From positions 72,914,001 to 72,978,000 of the forward strand of contig NC_058368.1 in the NCBI RefSeq assembly GCF_018350175.1: a DNA stretch of 64,000 nucleotides, in the 5' to 3' direction. The translations under genes and the position numbers were made by a program. Positions 12,111 to 22,864 of the stretch are shown here, in pieces (the stretch's first letter is position 1; the number at the start of each line of letters is the position of its first letter). The notes under the pieces are model-generated. The model made no database searches. It saw nothing but the letters and a program-made list of their open reading frames with translations, and was not told where the DNA came from. The DNA comes from Felis catus (lineage: Eukaryota).

Positions 12111-12428
12111 TTGATGTGCCTGGATTATTCTTTCTGCACAAAGGGTGGGTGCCAAAGACAACTGACCAAGAAATGCAGACTTTTAGGTGGGCAGAAAGGC
12201 AAGAAACTGAATCTCAAGAGTGAATGTGCTTATTAATCTAGTTGTCTTGCAGGGCTTACCATAGGACACCAGAAAGGTAGTTACGATTTGAGAAGAGAAA
12301 GAGAAAAACCAAGACCTTGTTTGAATAATGACAAATTAAAAAAAAATTAGGAAATCATCCATGAGATACATTTTAAGCCAGGCTACTTTATGCCACTGCC
12401 AGCACCCGTAATCCCCTATTTATATTCA

Positions 12429-12878
12429 TAGCTCCCTCTTATCCGTGGAGGATATGTTCCAAGACCCAGTGAATGCCTGAAACCCCAGATAGTACCAAAC
12501 CCTATACAGACATTTTCCTATATGTACATACCTATGATAACACTTAATTTATAAATTAGGTACAGTAGGAGATTAACAATAACTAACAATAAAATAGAAT
12601 AATTATAACATACTGTAATAAAAGTTCTGGGAATGTGGTCTCTTTCTCTCTCTCAAAATATCTAATTGTAGGATACTCACCCTTCTCCCTGTGATGACGT
12701 GAGATGATAAAATGCCTATGTGAGGAGCTGAAGTGGGGGAATGATGTCAGCACTGTGACGCACCTTCCGGCTACAATTCACATTCCAAGATTGGCCAGGA
12801 GGATCATCTGCTTCTGACCCCTGCTGAGGGCAGGCAACTGAACCCCAGAAAGGGGAACCAGGAAGGGAGACTCCAGTA
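12429..12878 (+). mobile_element. Tigger2a-type DNA transposon
   Basis: cttatccgtggaggatatgttccaagacccagtgaatgcctgaaacc...gagatgataaaatgcctatgtga...ggaggatcatctgcttc...gggagactccagta. Confidence 0.85.
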
Positions 12879-13044
12879 CAGGCAACTGCATATGAGTACA
12901 AGAGTACCTAGAGTACATACTTGTAGTAAAACGGCTTCTGTCTGCCTCAGGCAAACAACCAGAGAGCATAATGTTTTCATCTTCATGGGATTGGGTCATA
13001 AAAACAAAACAAAAAAAACTATTGTTCTTGAATGTTCTTCCCAG

Positions 13045-13331
13045 GTAGAACTCCAAAATCCCAGAAAGTTGCAGCAAAATGCCTATGACAAACTTCCATT
13101 GATTTGCAGTTTTGACTCCATCAAACTCGTAGGTGGTTGGCATGTTCCTTTCAAAATACAGTCATGCATTGCCCGTTCTAAAATGGCCAATGCTTTTCGA
13201 GCAGAAAGATTCAGAATCAAGCATTTTCCCAAATCTCCATATAGTAACAGAAAAGTGTTGGAAATCTACTATCATTTGGTGAATCTGTTTAGGAGAAATA
13301 GTTTTCCAATAAGCTTCTGGACAAATTTATG
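13045..13331 (+). other. Candidate 287-nt exon, open in one frame (unrecognised product)
   Basis: tgttcttcccag|GTAGAACTC...AATTTATG|gtgagt. Reads VELQNPRK...FWTNL without a stop, inside ORF 12892-13335. No recognisable homology. Confidence 0.2.
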
Positions 13332-13979
13332 GTGAGTTTAATGAATGCTTTTGTCTACTTGATCAAAGTGCCAAATCAGATATATTTACCATGTCTCCTT
13401 TTAGTAAGCAGCAAAACAGACGTGGCTGACACTGGGCCATATTCTTTATGATACAAGTTACTCCAAGCCCAATATCTTAGACCCAACCAATAGCACTCAG
13501 ATGCACAGAAGCAACTTTGGAGCCTAGGGCCAAACTGTTGACATCAAAAACTCCCTGGGATATAAAATGATTGAAAGAGCTGGCCACCTTCCCCTTTCCA
13601 AATTACCAACCTCACCTCCTTCACAGGAGAACTGTTTCTGTCCCAGAGCACATCTGTCAAACATTTCCCCACGGAATGTTTGAAGCCACTCGGTGTGAGA
13701 CGAGCAGAAGCCAGTGGAAAAGATGGACTGCTGGTGTGTAAAGCTCACTACCGACTGAAGTCAGTGTCCAAACCGTGAGCTAAGAGCCCTGCCTCCACTC
13801 GTCACCATGAGCAACCAACTGAAAGAAAGCCCAAGTCTGGGAGACCAGCCGCTTACTGGAAAGCTTTACCGTTCCCAACACAGCCCAAGCTGCATCTTTA
13901 GAGTCATGTGTTGCTCTCTCCCTCTTCAGGTGAGGACTGAGTCCCATCCCCAGCATGACCTGGGCTTTTCTGCACATTT

Positions 13980-14190
13980 TTAAAAAATGCTTATTACTTT
14001 TATTTTTGAGAAAGAGAGAACACAAGCAGGGGGAGACAGAGAGAGAGAGGGAGACACAGAATCTGAAGTGGGCTCTAGGCTCGGAGCTGTCAGCGCAGAG
14101 CCTGATGTGGGGCTCACACTCATGAACCACGAGATCGTGACCTGAACCGAAGTGCGACGCTTAGCCAGCTGAGCCACCCAGGTGCCCCCC
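13980..14190 (-). mobile_element. CAN-SINE
   Basis: Reverse-complement SINE. TSD tctgcacattt at 13969-13979 and 14195-14205. Confidence 0.95.
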
Positions 14191-15064
14191 TGACTCTGCA
14201 CATTTAATGAAAGTGCCTTGAAACCTAACTAGCTAGCTCTGTGTACCATCATCAGGAACAAGTAAGAACTTCCTTCTTTCTGCCTCACACACCTTGAGTA
14301 TGCAGAAAACAAGCAGGCAGTCTGTCACCAGTTTGCTTTTTTTTATTTAATATCCAATTTCCAAAAAGGCATGTCCTTGGACATTCATACTTAGCATGAA
14401 AATATGGTTGATATCTAGGTAACACCTGGATAATCTTCTAAGATTTGTTTCTCACAAAGGAGATACTGGGTTTTTTTCTGAGCAAATTGCAGAATTACGT
14501 GTGGACTTTTTCAGCAATTTACATATAACTTTCATGTTCTTATGCTGAGGAGGTATGTGACAGTTTAGAAATATGTTCTATTTATAGTAATTAATAATTT
14601 ACCCTTGCTACATTTATTGCAATATTTATACAAATACATTGTGCATAATTATTTTGATTAGGTTTAGATATTGAACTGTGAAACAAGCAAGAATGTATTC
14701 AGAAAGCAGGAGATGTTAAAAATGTTGCTGTTATTAAAAATGATTCGAACTGGTAGAGGTCAGAAGCAGCATATGAGCTGAACGCTGTGGTCTGAGTGCT
14801 CAAGGCAGGCCCTTCGCCCCTGCATTCGAGCTGACCTATCATTGGACATCAATTAGCATGCTTTTAGGACAGAAAAGACTACCTTGATGCCCAGGTGACC
14901 TCCAATGGACCAGATGTGCCTAAAATTATTTCACCAAGGGCAAGGCCTTTTATACCAAATTAAACTAGACTTCAAAATATAAATAACCTGAGAAGAAGAA
15001 ACATACTGGCTTGAATCCACATTAAGATGTAAAGGGCAAAAAACAAAAATCGTTTCCTTCAGTT

Positions 15065-15265
15065 CTTTTTAATATTTTTTAAAGTTTATGAATTTTTTTG
15101 AGACAGAGGAACAGAGACAGAGGGAGAGAGAGAATCCTAAGCAGGCTCCACACCACCATCAGCACAGAGCTTGATGTGGGGCTTGATCTCAGAAACCCAT
15201 GAGATCATGACCTGAGCCAAAGCAAAGAATCTGTTGCTTAACTCACTGAGCCACCCGGGTGCCCC
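15065..15265 (-). mobile_element. CAN-SINE (older subfamily)
   Basis: T tail, gagagaatcctaagcaggctcc, and reverse-complement head ctgagccacccgggtgcccc. Confidence 0.9.
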
Positions 15266-15556
15266 ATCTTCTCCCTCAGTTTTGATTGAATTGGGGTGGG
15301 AAGTATAAGCTACCGACTATAAACCTGGTAGAAAGGGGACCTCTAGAAAAAGATAAGAACACGACCCTAAGGGGCAAGACTCCTCAGAGCAGAGAAGCAG
15401 CCACCTCAGAGTTTAGCCAAGGAGTAAGGGATTCAAACTCACCTTTCTCTAGCTGCAAAGCCAAAGTTCTTTCCCATCTGTCATACATACTTCCATGATC
15501 CAATCTCTTATTTGTTAATAAAATGTCCTATTTGCTATTAAATCATTTGTTAAATA

Positions 15557-15945
15557 CAGTGGGATATTACTCAGCCATCAAAAAGAATGAAATCTTGCCA
15601 TTTGCAATGACGTGGATGAATCATACACTTATGATTTCACTTATGTGTGGAATTTAAGAAACAGAACAAACCAGGAAAGGGGAAAAGAGAGAGGGAGTCA
15701 AATCAAGAAACAGACTCAACTACAGAGAACAAACTGATGGTTACCAGAGGGAAGGGTGGGCAGGGTGGGGGGGGAGGGTGGCGGGAATGGGCGAAATAGG
15801 TGATGTGGACTCAGGAGGGCACTTGCCATGATCAGCACCAGGTGTTGTGTGGATGTGTTGAATCACTACATTGTACACCTGAAACTAATATAACACTGTA
15901 TATTAACTGGAATTAAAATAAAAAGTTTAAAAAAAGATTTAAAAA
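15557..15945 (+). mobile_element. 5'-truncated carnivore L1 (3' end)
   Basis: tattactcagccatcaaaaagaatgaaatcttgccatttgcaatgacgtggatg...G-rich tract...cacctgaaactaatataacactgtat, then A tail. Confidence 0.9.
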
Positions 15946-16020
15946 ATTATTTGTTAATAAATGCATGTGTTTATTAGTATTTCATTTGCTGATAAGTTGT
16001 TTAATAAATAATATTTGTTT

Positions 16021-16075
16021 ATAAAAGTATCAACAAAATAATGATGATGATGATGATGATAATGACGATGATGAC
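16021..16075. repeat. Imperfect (GAT)n microsatellite
   Basis: atgatgatgatgatgatgataatgacgatgatgac. Confidence 0.8.
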
Positions 16076-17328
16076 AATACATGTAATTATTTGTCATAGG
16101 ATCCTACTGGTGTGAGATTTGATATTCAGATATGTGCAGGTAAATTCCTCTGCCTAGAATATTTATTCATATCCACAGATTTATATGGAAGCTGAGGAGC
16201 CTTTTGAAGAAAGAAAAACTGTAACTCATATCTTTAATTGAAGCTTAGGTGTACATAGACATGCTTGATGTATTGAGATAGCAAGGTTTTACATATCCTG
16301 GGGAAAATAATTCATCCTAAGAGAAAAGCGTGGTATGATAAGTCAGATGCAACACCAGAGCCTAAGAATCAAAGGAAGTGGTGAGTCAGGTAGAAAATGG
16401 CAGATGCCATGCACCACCCATGACCAAGTCATGAAGGCAAGTTGTGTATCCCAGGAGACTAAGGATTCTATGTGCAAACTAAAAGCCTGTCTTTCTAAAA
16501 TCTGCATATTGGGTCACAAGCAATGCTGCTGTGGGACCCTCCCTTCAACAGGGTAATACAAGGGTAGAGCCATTTCTTTCCCAACCTTCAACACACTGCC
16601 AAGCCACCCCCTTCGCCCATCATGTTGTAGAAAAGATGCTTGATTGCTCTAGGCCACAGCAGATCTCTGGCTTTGTAGAGCTGAAGGTGGTGCTTCCAAA
16701 CTTACCATCCAGCTAACATTGTCAAGTGGAGAGAGACGGCTTATCAGTGGTAGCAATGATATCAGAGACCCAAGATGAGCCCTAAGTGTCTGAGCACAAG
16801 GAGCTCACTACTCAGGAAGTCCAATATTTTGGACTCAACAAGAGACAAATTGGGTCTTGGAGCCCCAACAATTTAGCTTCCAGTTTAGAGAGTCTTCCTC
16901 TATACCTCACAGGAGGTGCTACACTGGATTATGTATGTACATTAGCTCATTAAATTATGCAACAATATTTTAATGACATCAGATCATCCATATCTTGAGT
17001 AAGCTGCAGCTGAAGAAGATAAATTGACTTGCCTAAATTCACACAGCTTGTCCTCTTATTGCTGTATCATATGACCTCCCATGACCCTTCCACTTAGACC
17101 CTGACCTTCTAGCAATAACCTTTTATACAGAAAACGATTATTTGGGATCATGTCCTTTCCCTATAATTATATTTGAAATCAATAGAATATAATATGGTAA
17201 ATAGAAAACCAAAGGTCAAGATGAGCAAACAGACACATCATGGATACACTGACAAAAGGGAATGGAGCACAAACTCACTATTTACATCCTTTTTAACTGC
17301 CAAATATGACAATGGTGGCATAGTTTTC

Positions 17329-17500
17329 GGGCGCCTGGATGGCTCAGCTGGTTAAGTGCCTGACTCTTGCTTTTGGCTCAGGTCATGATCGATCTCACAG
17401 TTTTGTGGGTTCGAACCCCGAGTCTCTCCCTCTCTCTCTATGCCCCTCCCCTACTCACCCTGTCTGTGTTTCTCTCAAAATAAATAAGTAAACTTAAAAT
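17329..17500 (+). mobile_element. CAN-SINE with internal deletion
   Basis: gggcgcctggatggctcagctggttaag head; jumps from ttcgaaccccg directly to the (CT) region. Confidence 0.9.
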
Positions 17501-17511
17501 TTTTTTAAATA

Positions 17512-17735
17512 ATTTTTTAAGTTTTTTAAACATTTTTTTAAAAATTATCTTTGAGAGACAGAGAGACAGCAAGAGTTGGGGAGGAACGGAAAGCGAGGGA
17601 GACACAGAATTCAAAGCAGGCTCCAGGCTCTGAGCTGTCAGCACAGAGCCCAACATGGGACTGGGACACACGAACCTTGAGATCATGACCTGAGCTGAAG
17701 TCAGATGCTTTAATGACTGAGCCACCCAGGCACTC
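17512..17735 (-). mobile_element. CAN-SINE inserted tail-to-tail with the previous copy
   Basis: Full reverse-complement SINE ending ctgagccacccaggcactc. Confidence 0.95.
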
Positions 17736-17848
17736 AAAAAAATTTTTCAAAAACAGGATTATGGTAGAGTTTTAGAAAGACAATAGGGCATGCTCACTCT
17801 TAATCTCAGACAAACTTTGTGTTTTTTCCAAAGAAAAGTGCACTTCCA

Positions 17849-18060
17849 GGGGCACCTGGGTGGCTCAGTTGGTTGAGCGTGTGACTTCGGCTCAGGTCAT
17901 GATCTCATGGTTTGTGAGTTCAAGCTCCACATCGGGCTCTGTGCTGACAGCTCAGAGCCTAGAGCCTGCTTTGGATTCTGTGTCTCCCTCTCTCGGCCCC
18001 TAACCCACTCACATTCTGTCTCTGTCTCTCTACAAGATAAATAAACATTAAAAAAATTTT
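17849..18060 (+). mobile_element. CAN-SINE
   Basis: Perfect 19-bp TSD aaagaaaagtgcacttcca at 17830-17848 and 18061-18079. Confidence 0.97.
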
Positions 18061-18466
18061 AAAGAAAAGTGCACTTCCAGACAGTATGAAAATTGTAGAT
18101 GAATAAGAATCAGGTGTACAATACACATTCCTTAGGAACAGTAACTATGGACATTCTTCCAGTTTCCTTTGTGAAAGACAACCGCCAACAGAATTAAGTT
18201 GTCAAATACTTATTGTACAGAGCATCCTTTCAAAGGACAAACGACAAACTCTACTGAAAACTGAGCTCATAAACTGGGCAGGAGTGATTGATTTTGCACA
18301 AACGATAACATATGTTTCAGCCATTTCCTAAGTGCTCCCAGTTAAACCATTTTAAGGGAACTCTAGACCAATAGTAGCAGAACAAGTGTAAGAAGAAATG
18401 GCAGGAAAGTGTTTTCTTGCCCAAAGCCTTCAAGACATTTAATGGAGTTAGAAGTGTCCTCCTTAC

Positions 18467-18687
18467 CTTCTGGACGGCTGCCGGGCTGACGCCTGACAAA
18501 CTACCCACGGTATCTGACAAGCACTGGTAATGGAGGTGCTCTTTGTCAGGAGCCAGATCAGCTTGGTCCTCAAGGTAGGGAAACGTTGTGCTTATTTGCG
18601 TGAAGAAGCACGGTTAGGGGGAGCTTTTTTCTCAGGGGTTGGGGACAGAGGCCAGCTTGCAACCTTGCAAGTCCTCATTCTAGTGCA
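18467..18687 (-). ncRNA. Candidate 221-nt non-coding (lncRNA or 5'UTR) exon
   Basis: Minus strand has strong acceptor ctctttcctcttgccag| and strong donor CAGAAG|gtaagg. Stops occur in all three frames. An upstream donor CGG|gtaagc lies at 19097/19096. Confidence 0.35.
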
Positions 18688-19310
18688 CTGGCAAGAGGAA
18701 AGAGATGCAGGAAAAGAGCTAAATCACAGGGGACTCGCTTTGAAGTCTTGCCAGGCAAACTGTCATTTCTGCAAAAAGTCCATTTTTCAGAGATGATACT
18801 GAAGGTCTATTTGCCATCCTTAAAAATCAGGTGCACTTTGCTGAGGGGGGGGAGGAACAGTGAGGCGGTGGCAGTTAAAGAGTCCCTGATTCCACTCTCT
18901 GTAAAGGATCCACGCGAGAGACTGAACAGCGATGGTGAATCATGGGCTCACAGTTCAAGAACTGCTAAAAATATCTCTTCTCTGAAAGAAAATGAAAGTT
19001 CTTGAAGCAAAGAAACGTCAACTTTCTCACGGCGTAATGCAAATAACCGCATCGTCTTAGATCACAAGCCTCACAGGGTAGAAGGGAAAAGCTTACCCGA
19101 TGACAGACTCGTAAGTATTTTGACTATTTACATGAGACCAACATGCTGGCACTCTAACGCTCTGTGAGGACATTTGTAAGGTTTTATTTGTTACGAACTG
19201 AATCCATACTCTTTTTGACTCAAGAGCCTCCATTTACGAGTAAAAACATGTTTCTGTACCCTCCCAGATTTGATTGGCTTCTGTTAACAAATCCTCAGTG
19301 TTTTAGGGGT

Positions 19311-19461
19311 GGCTGCCACTCAGAGTGTGGTCCTCATCAGCATCACCTAGGAACTGGCTAGAAATGCCAATCATAGGCCCCCACCCAGACCTGCTCAATG
19401 AGAATTTGCATGTTAAACATCTTCAGGTGGTCTGGATGCACCTTACATTGGAAACACACTG
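19311..19461. mobile_element. MER5A-type hAT-Charlie MITE
   Basis: agtgtggtcctcatcagcatcacctaggaactggctagaaatgc...ggcccccacccagacctgct...gaaacacactg. Confidence 0.8.
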
Positions 19462-19934
19462 TTTCAGAGATCCTTTACCTGGGTAGGCAGGTCCTCACCT
19501 GCCTTGCTGGAGACTTCCCCATTGTCAGTCATGGAATAATGCAGAAGTCACCACCCATCTAGGAATCAAGGATTACTAGCTATGCAAAAGTCCTTCTGCA
19601 TTATCAGGGTCCAGGGACATTTACCCTGACCGCACAGAAAGTTAGTGATAGAGGCGGAAGTTCACTCTTAGTTCTCTAGCTCCCTAATTCAGGGATCTTC
19701 CCATTTATCACTTCATTGTTTGCCCTTTCTGTAATACCCATCCCCCCACTACTGTTTCATAGCCCAAACTGTAAAACAGTACATTTAGTTTCAGTATACT
19801 CAAGGGCTAAGGGTTCTTCTGGTACCATTCTTTCCCTAAACCAGTCATCAGCGCCATTGTCACGATCCTGCTCACCAACAAGATTCTATCAAACTGTGAA
19901 GAAGTTCCAGTAAGAATGAAAGTAAGAGCAACCA

Positions 19935-20115
19935 ACATCTAGTAAACAGAGTGTTCGTCCTGGCACTCACTGAGTTAAGCTCCTTCCTGACTTAATCCTC
20001 ATGATATCTCCATTAATGAGTGCTCACAATCACAGTTAATTATCTCATTATATTTTATAGGTGGGAAAACTGAAGGTAAACAACTAAAGTCACTTGCACT
20101 AGGTCACACAATCAG
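19935..20115 (-). mobile_element. MIR SINE
   Basis: attttataggtgggaaaactgaagg...cacttgcactaggtcacac. Confidence 0.65.
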
Positions 20116-20262
20116 TGACATTTATTCATTTATCCCTAGCTGGAAGTGACTGGTAATTTAGGTGCTCTCTCCCAAAGGCATTTGCATTTGAACAACATTA
20201 AAAACCTTAACAGAAATGTTGAGACTCCAGCAGCTACCAGCACGAGGACCTTCTTTTACCCC

Positions 20263-20270
20263 TGACGTCA
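20263..20270. promoter_or_regulatory. Full palindromic CRE (TGACGTCA)
   Basis: Exact CREB/ATF consensus with an intact CpG in unique sequence. Function untested. Confidence 0.35.
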
Positions 20271-22638
20271 CAAGCCCTACAACAGGGCCTGAAGTACAAA
20301 CACAAAGGGAATAAATCAAGAATAAAACCCATTTCCCAGCAAGGATTGTGTCCAAAACCCACCTCCAGGGTGTATGGCAAGAGAGAACGTATGCAGGGAA
20401 CATATCAATTTTCCAATCTAAGGAGGTACTGCTCTACCACAACACCAGTGCCACGTGGCTTTGCTTGAGAGGACATTTGCTAAGGAGCTCAGAAAAAACA
20501 AGGCAAGTGGCTCATTTCTCATTGTCGGTAAACTAATGATTATGTCCTGAAGGCAGTCCGTGTATGATGACCTGCTGCTAGAAGTGAGAATTCTACATTT
20601 TGACTGAGAAAGGAGTATTTTTCCATTGTTTCAGGCAGTCTTTATTCTTTTTCCAAGAGAAAAGAAGAAAATTGCTGCCAGTATTAAGTAGGTCTAGAGG
20701 AATAATTAGGTATTTCCCCTGATCATTTAATTGACCATGGTTGACCTCTATTGGAGCCAATTAAATTTCTTTCATGAGGAACCACTGACCTATTTTATCC
20801 CATTTTCATGTATCCCAATATTTGACAAGATGGTGAAAAAGTCTGATTTGTTTCTAAATGTTTATTAATCTTTAATTGCTAGAAATTCTAATACATCTCT
20901 AGGCATTTTTATCATTGATAATCACTAGCTTCGATGGAGAGTTTTCTGCATTATTGGAGAGTAGGTTTCTAAAAGCATGAAATATTACAATGTTAAATAT
21001 AGCTAACTGGGACATTTATTTTGTTTTTCCAACAGGGCTTGGCTGACACATTGTTCTTACAGTACACTCGGCGATCCAGAACCAGTAGTTTTTTAAGTGG
21101 AAAAAATTAAATGGGAAGTGCTCATCATTTTGCAAACTCAATTTTCAGAGCATTTCAGTGCACTCAACCAGATGTGTTAGGTGGTCAGAATATCATGGGC
21201 TATTGGATTAAACACAGAATGTGTTTAATTTGAAATGATCAATGTCATCATTTATTAAGAATGCTCAAGTGCCAACATATATTGCCATATATGATAATTA
21301 ATATTTTGCACATTCAATGAACATTCCCTGAAGATGGTGATGAATCCCAGATTGTAGTAAATACGTTGATTACAGGGCCTATACCGATATCATGTTACAT
21401 TCAAACAGATCAGTGGCTTTTTGCATTGGATCACAGAACTACTGCTGAGAAGCACTTTAAAAAATGGTTCCACTTCAAAAAACTTTTCTAGAGAAATAAA
21501 AACCTCCTTTACATAAAAACACTTAACCTGAATATTTTTATTCAGTGAACCCATGTAGTACAGAGTGATTGATGCCAAGATACACAAACAGCTAAGAATT
21601 AAAAAAAAAAGATCTAATGTTAAGTCACTCTTAATAACTGAAAAAGCTTTACCCCTAAAGAAAATGATCACAAGGTAAATAGCTGTGTGCAAACATTTCT
21701 ATTTGTGTTTATAAATAGAAGCCTTACATATTTCCAACAGGGCTGGCTTAAGAGAAAATATGCTTACATGCTTTCTAAAAACATAGGGGAAATACATTAT
21801 GCTTTTGGTTAATAAATAAAATAGTTACTTGCATGTTCAGTTTATCTTTATTTATATACAAAAATCATATACCATTAAAGTACATATTAGTTGTGAGTCA
21901 GAAAAATAATTCAGGTGGTCCATGCCTATACTGAAGATGATCTGAATAGCTTGTAGAACCATTTTTTAAAAATGCATCCATGGTGTGGACTGTTCCAGAA
22001 CATAAGCAAGACAACAACAACAAAAAAATATAAGGAAGACACAATATTCTGTTCCTTTCTCTCTTGATTAGGCCTTGTAACAAATAATTTGAAACTTTGG
22101 CAGATTTTACCCTCTCTTGAACTTCATTTTGATAACTACTAGTTGTATTTTGCATAAGAGACACAATTTAGAGACAACATTCATAAAAATTGGTCTGAAA
22201 CAAAGTTGGATATAGAACTTTGTCAAAGTCCTAGGTGCTGACCCTTTTGAAATCTGGTTCCCTGGTATTGTTGAAAAGTTGTCGTAAAATTTACATAAAT
22301 GGCACAATATTTAAGTTTCAGGTCAAAACTGATAAAATCATGATGAAAAAGTAGGCTTGAATTCTACGGAAAAATAGCTGGAAATTTGCCAACTCTCTTT
22401 TGGTTTGATTTACGCAATTGCATCTTGACAGGAACATTTTTAATAGTGAGCAAATTCAATTCAATACATATTTTAAGCACTGTGGGGTATTCAAAGATGA
22501 GGAAAGCACAATGACTGATCTCTAAGAAAGAGAATAAGAGAATGAAGCTAAGGAAAGTGCTATATTTATTGAGCACTTACTATGCCTTAGACACTTCCAA
22601 GCACTTGTTCTGATTTAATGTATAAAAAGAGATGTAAT

Positions 22639-22864
22639 GAGTGCCTGGGTGGCTCAGTGAGTTAAGTGTCTGACTCCTGATCATGGCTCACATCATGATC
22701 TCACGGTCTGTGGGATCAAGCACCAAGTCAGGATCTGCGCTGACAGTGCAGAGTCTGCTTGGGATTCTCGCTCTCCCTCCCTCTCTCTCTGCTCCTCCCT
22801 TCCTTGTTCTCTCTCTCCCTCTCTTTCTCCACCCCCCCAAAATAAATAAATAAACTTTAAAAAA
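22639..22864 (+). mobile_element. CAN-SINE
   Basis: gagtgcctgggtggctcagtgagttaag head, CT-rich body, aataaa tail. Confidence 0.9.

Noticed and set aside
15748..15790. G-quadruplex-like G tract
   Set aside because: Normal feature of the L1 3' UTR.
19037..19044. Octamer ATGCAAAT
   Set aside because: Occurs several times in this AT-rich window (e.g. ~9417, 11027, 41365, 53121), so it is uninformative alone.
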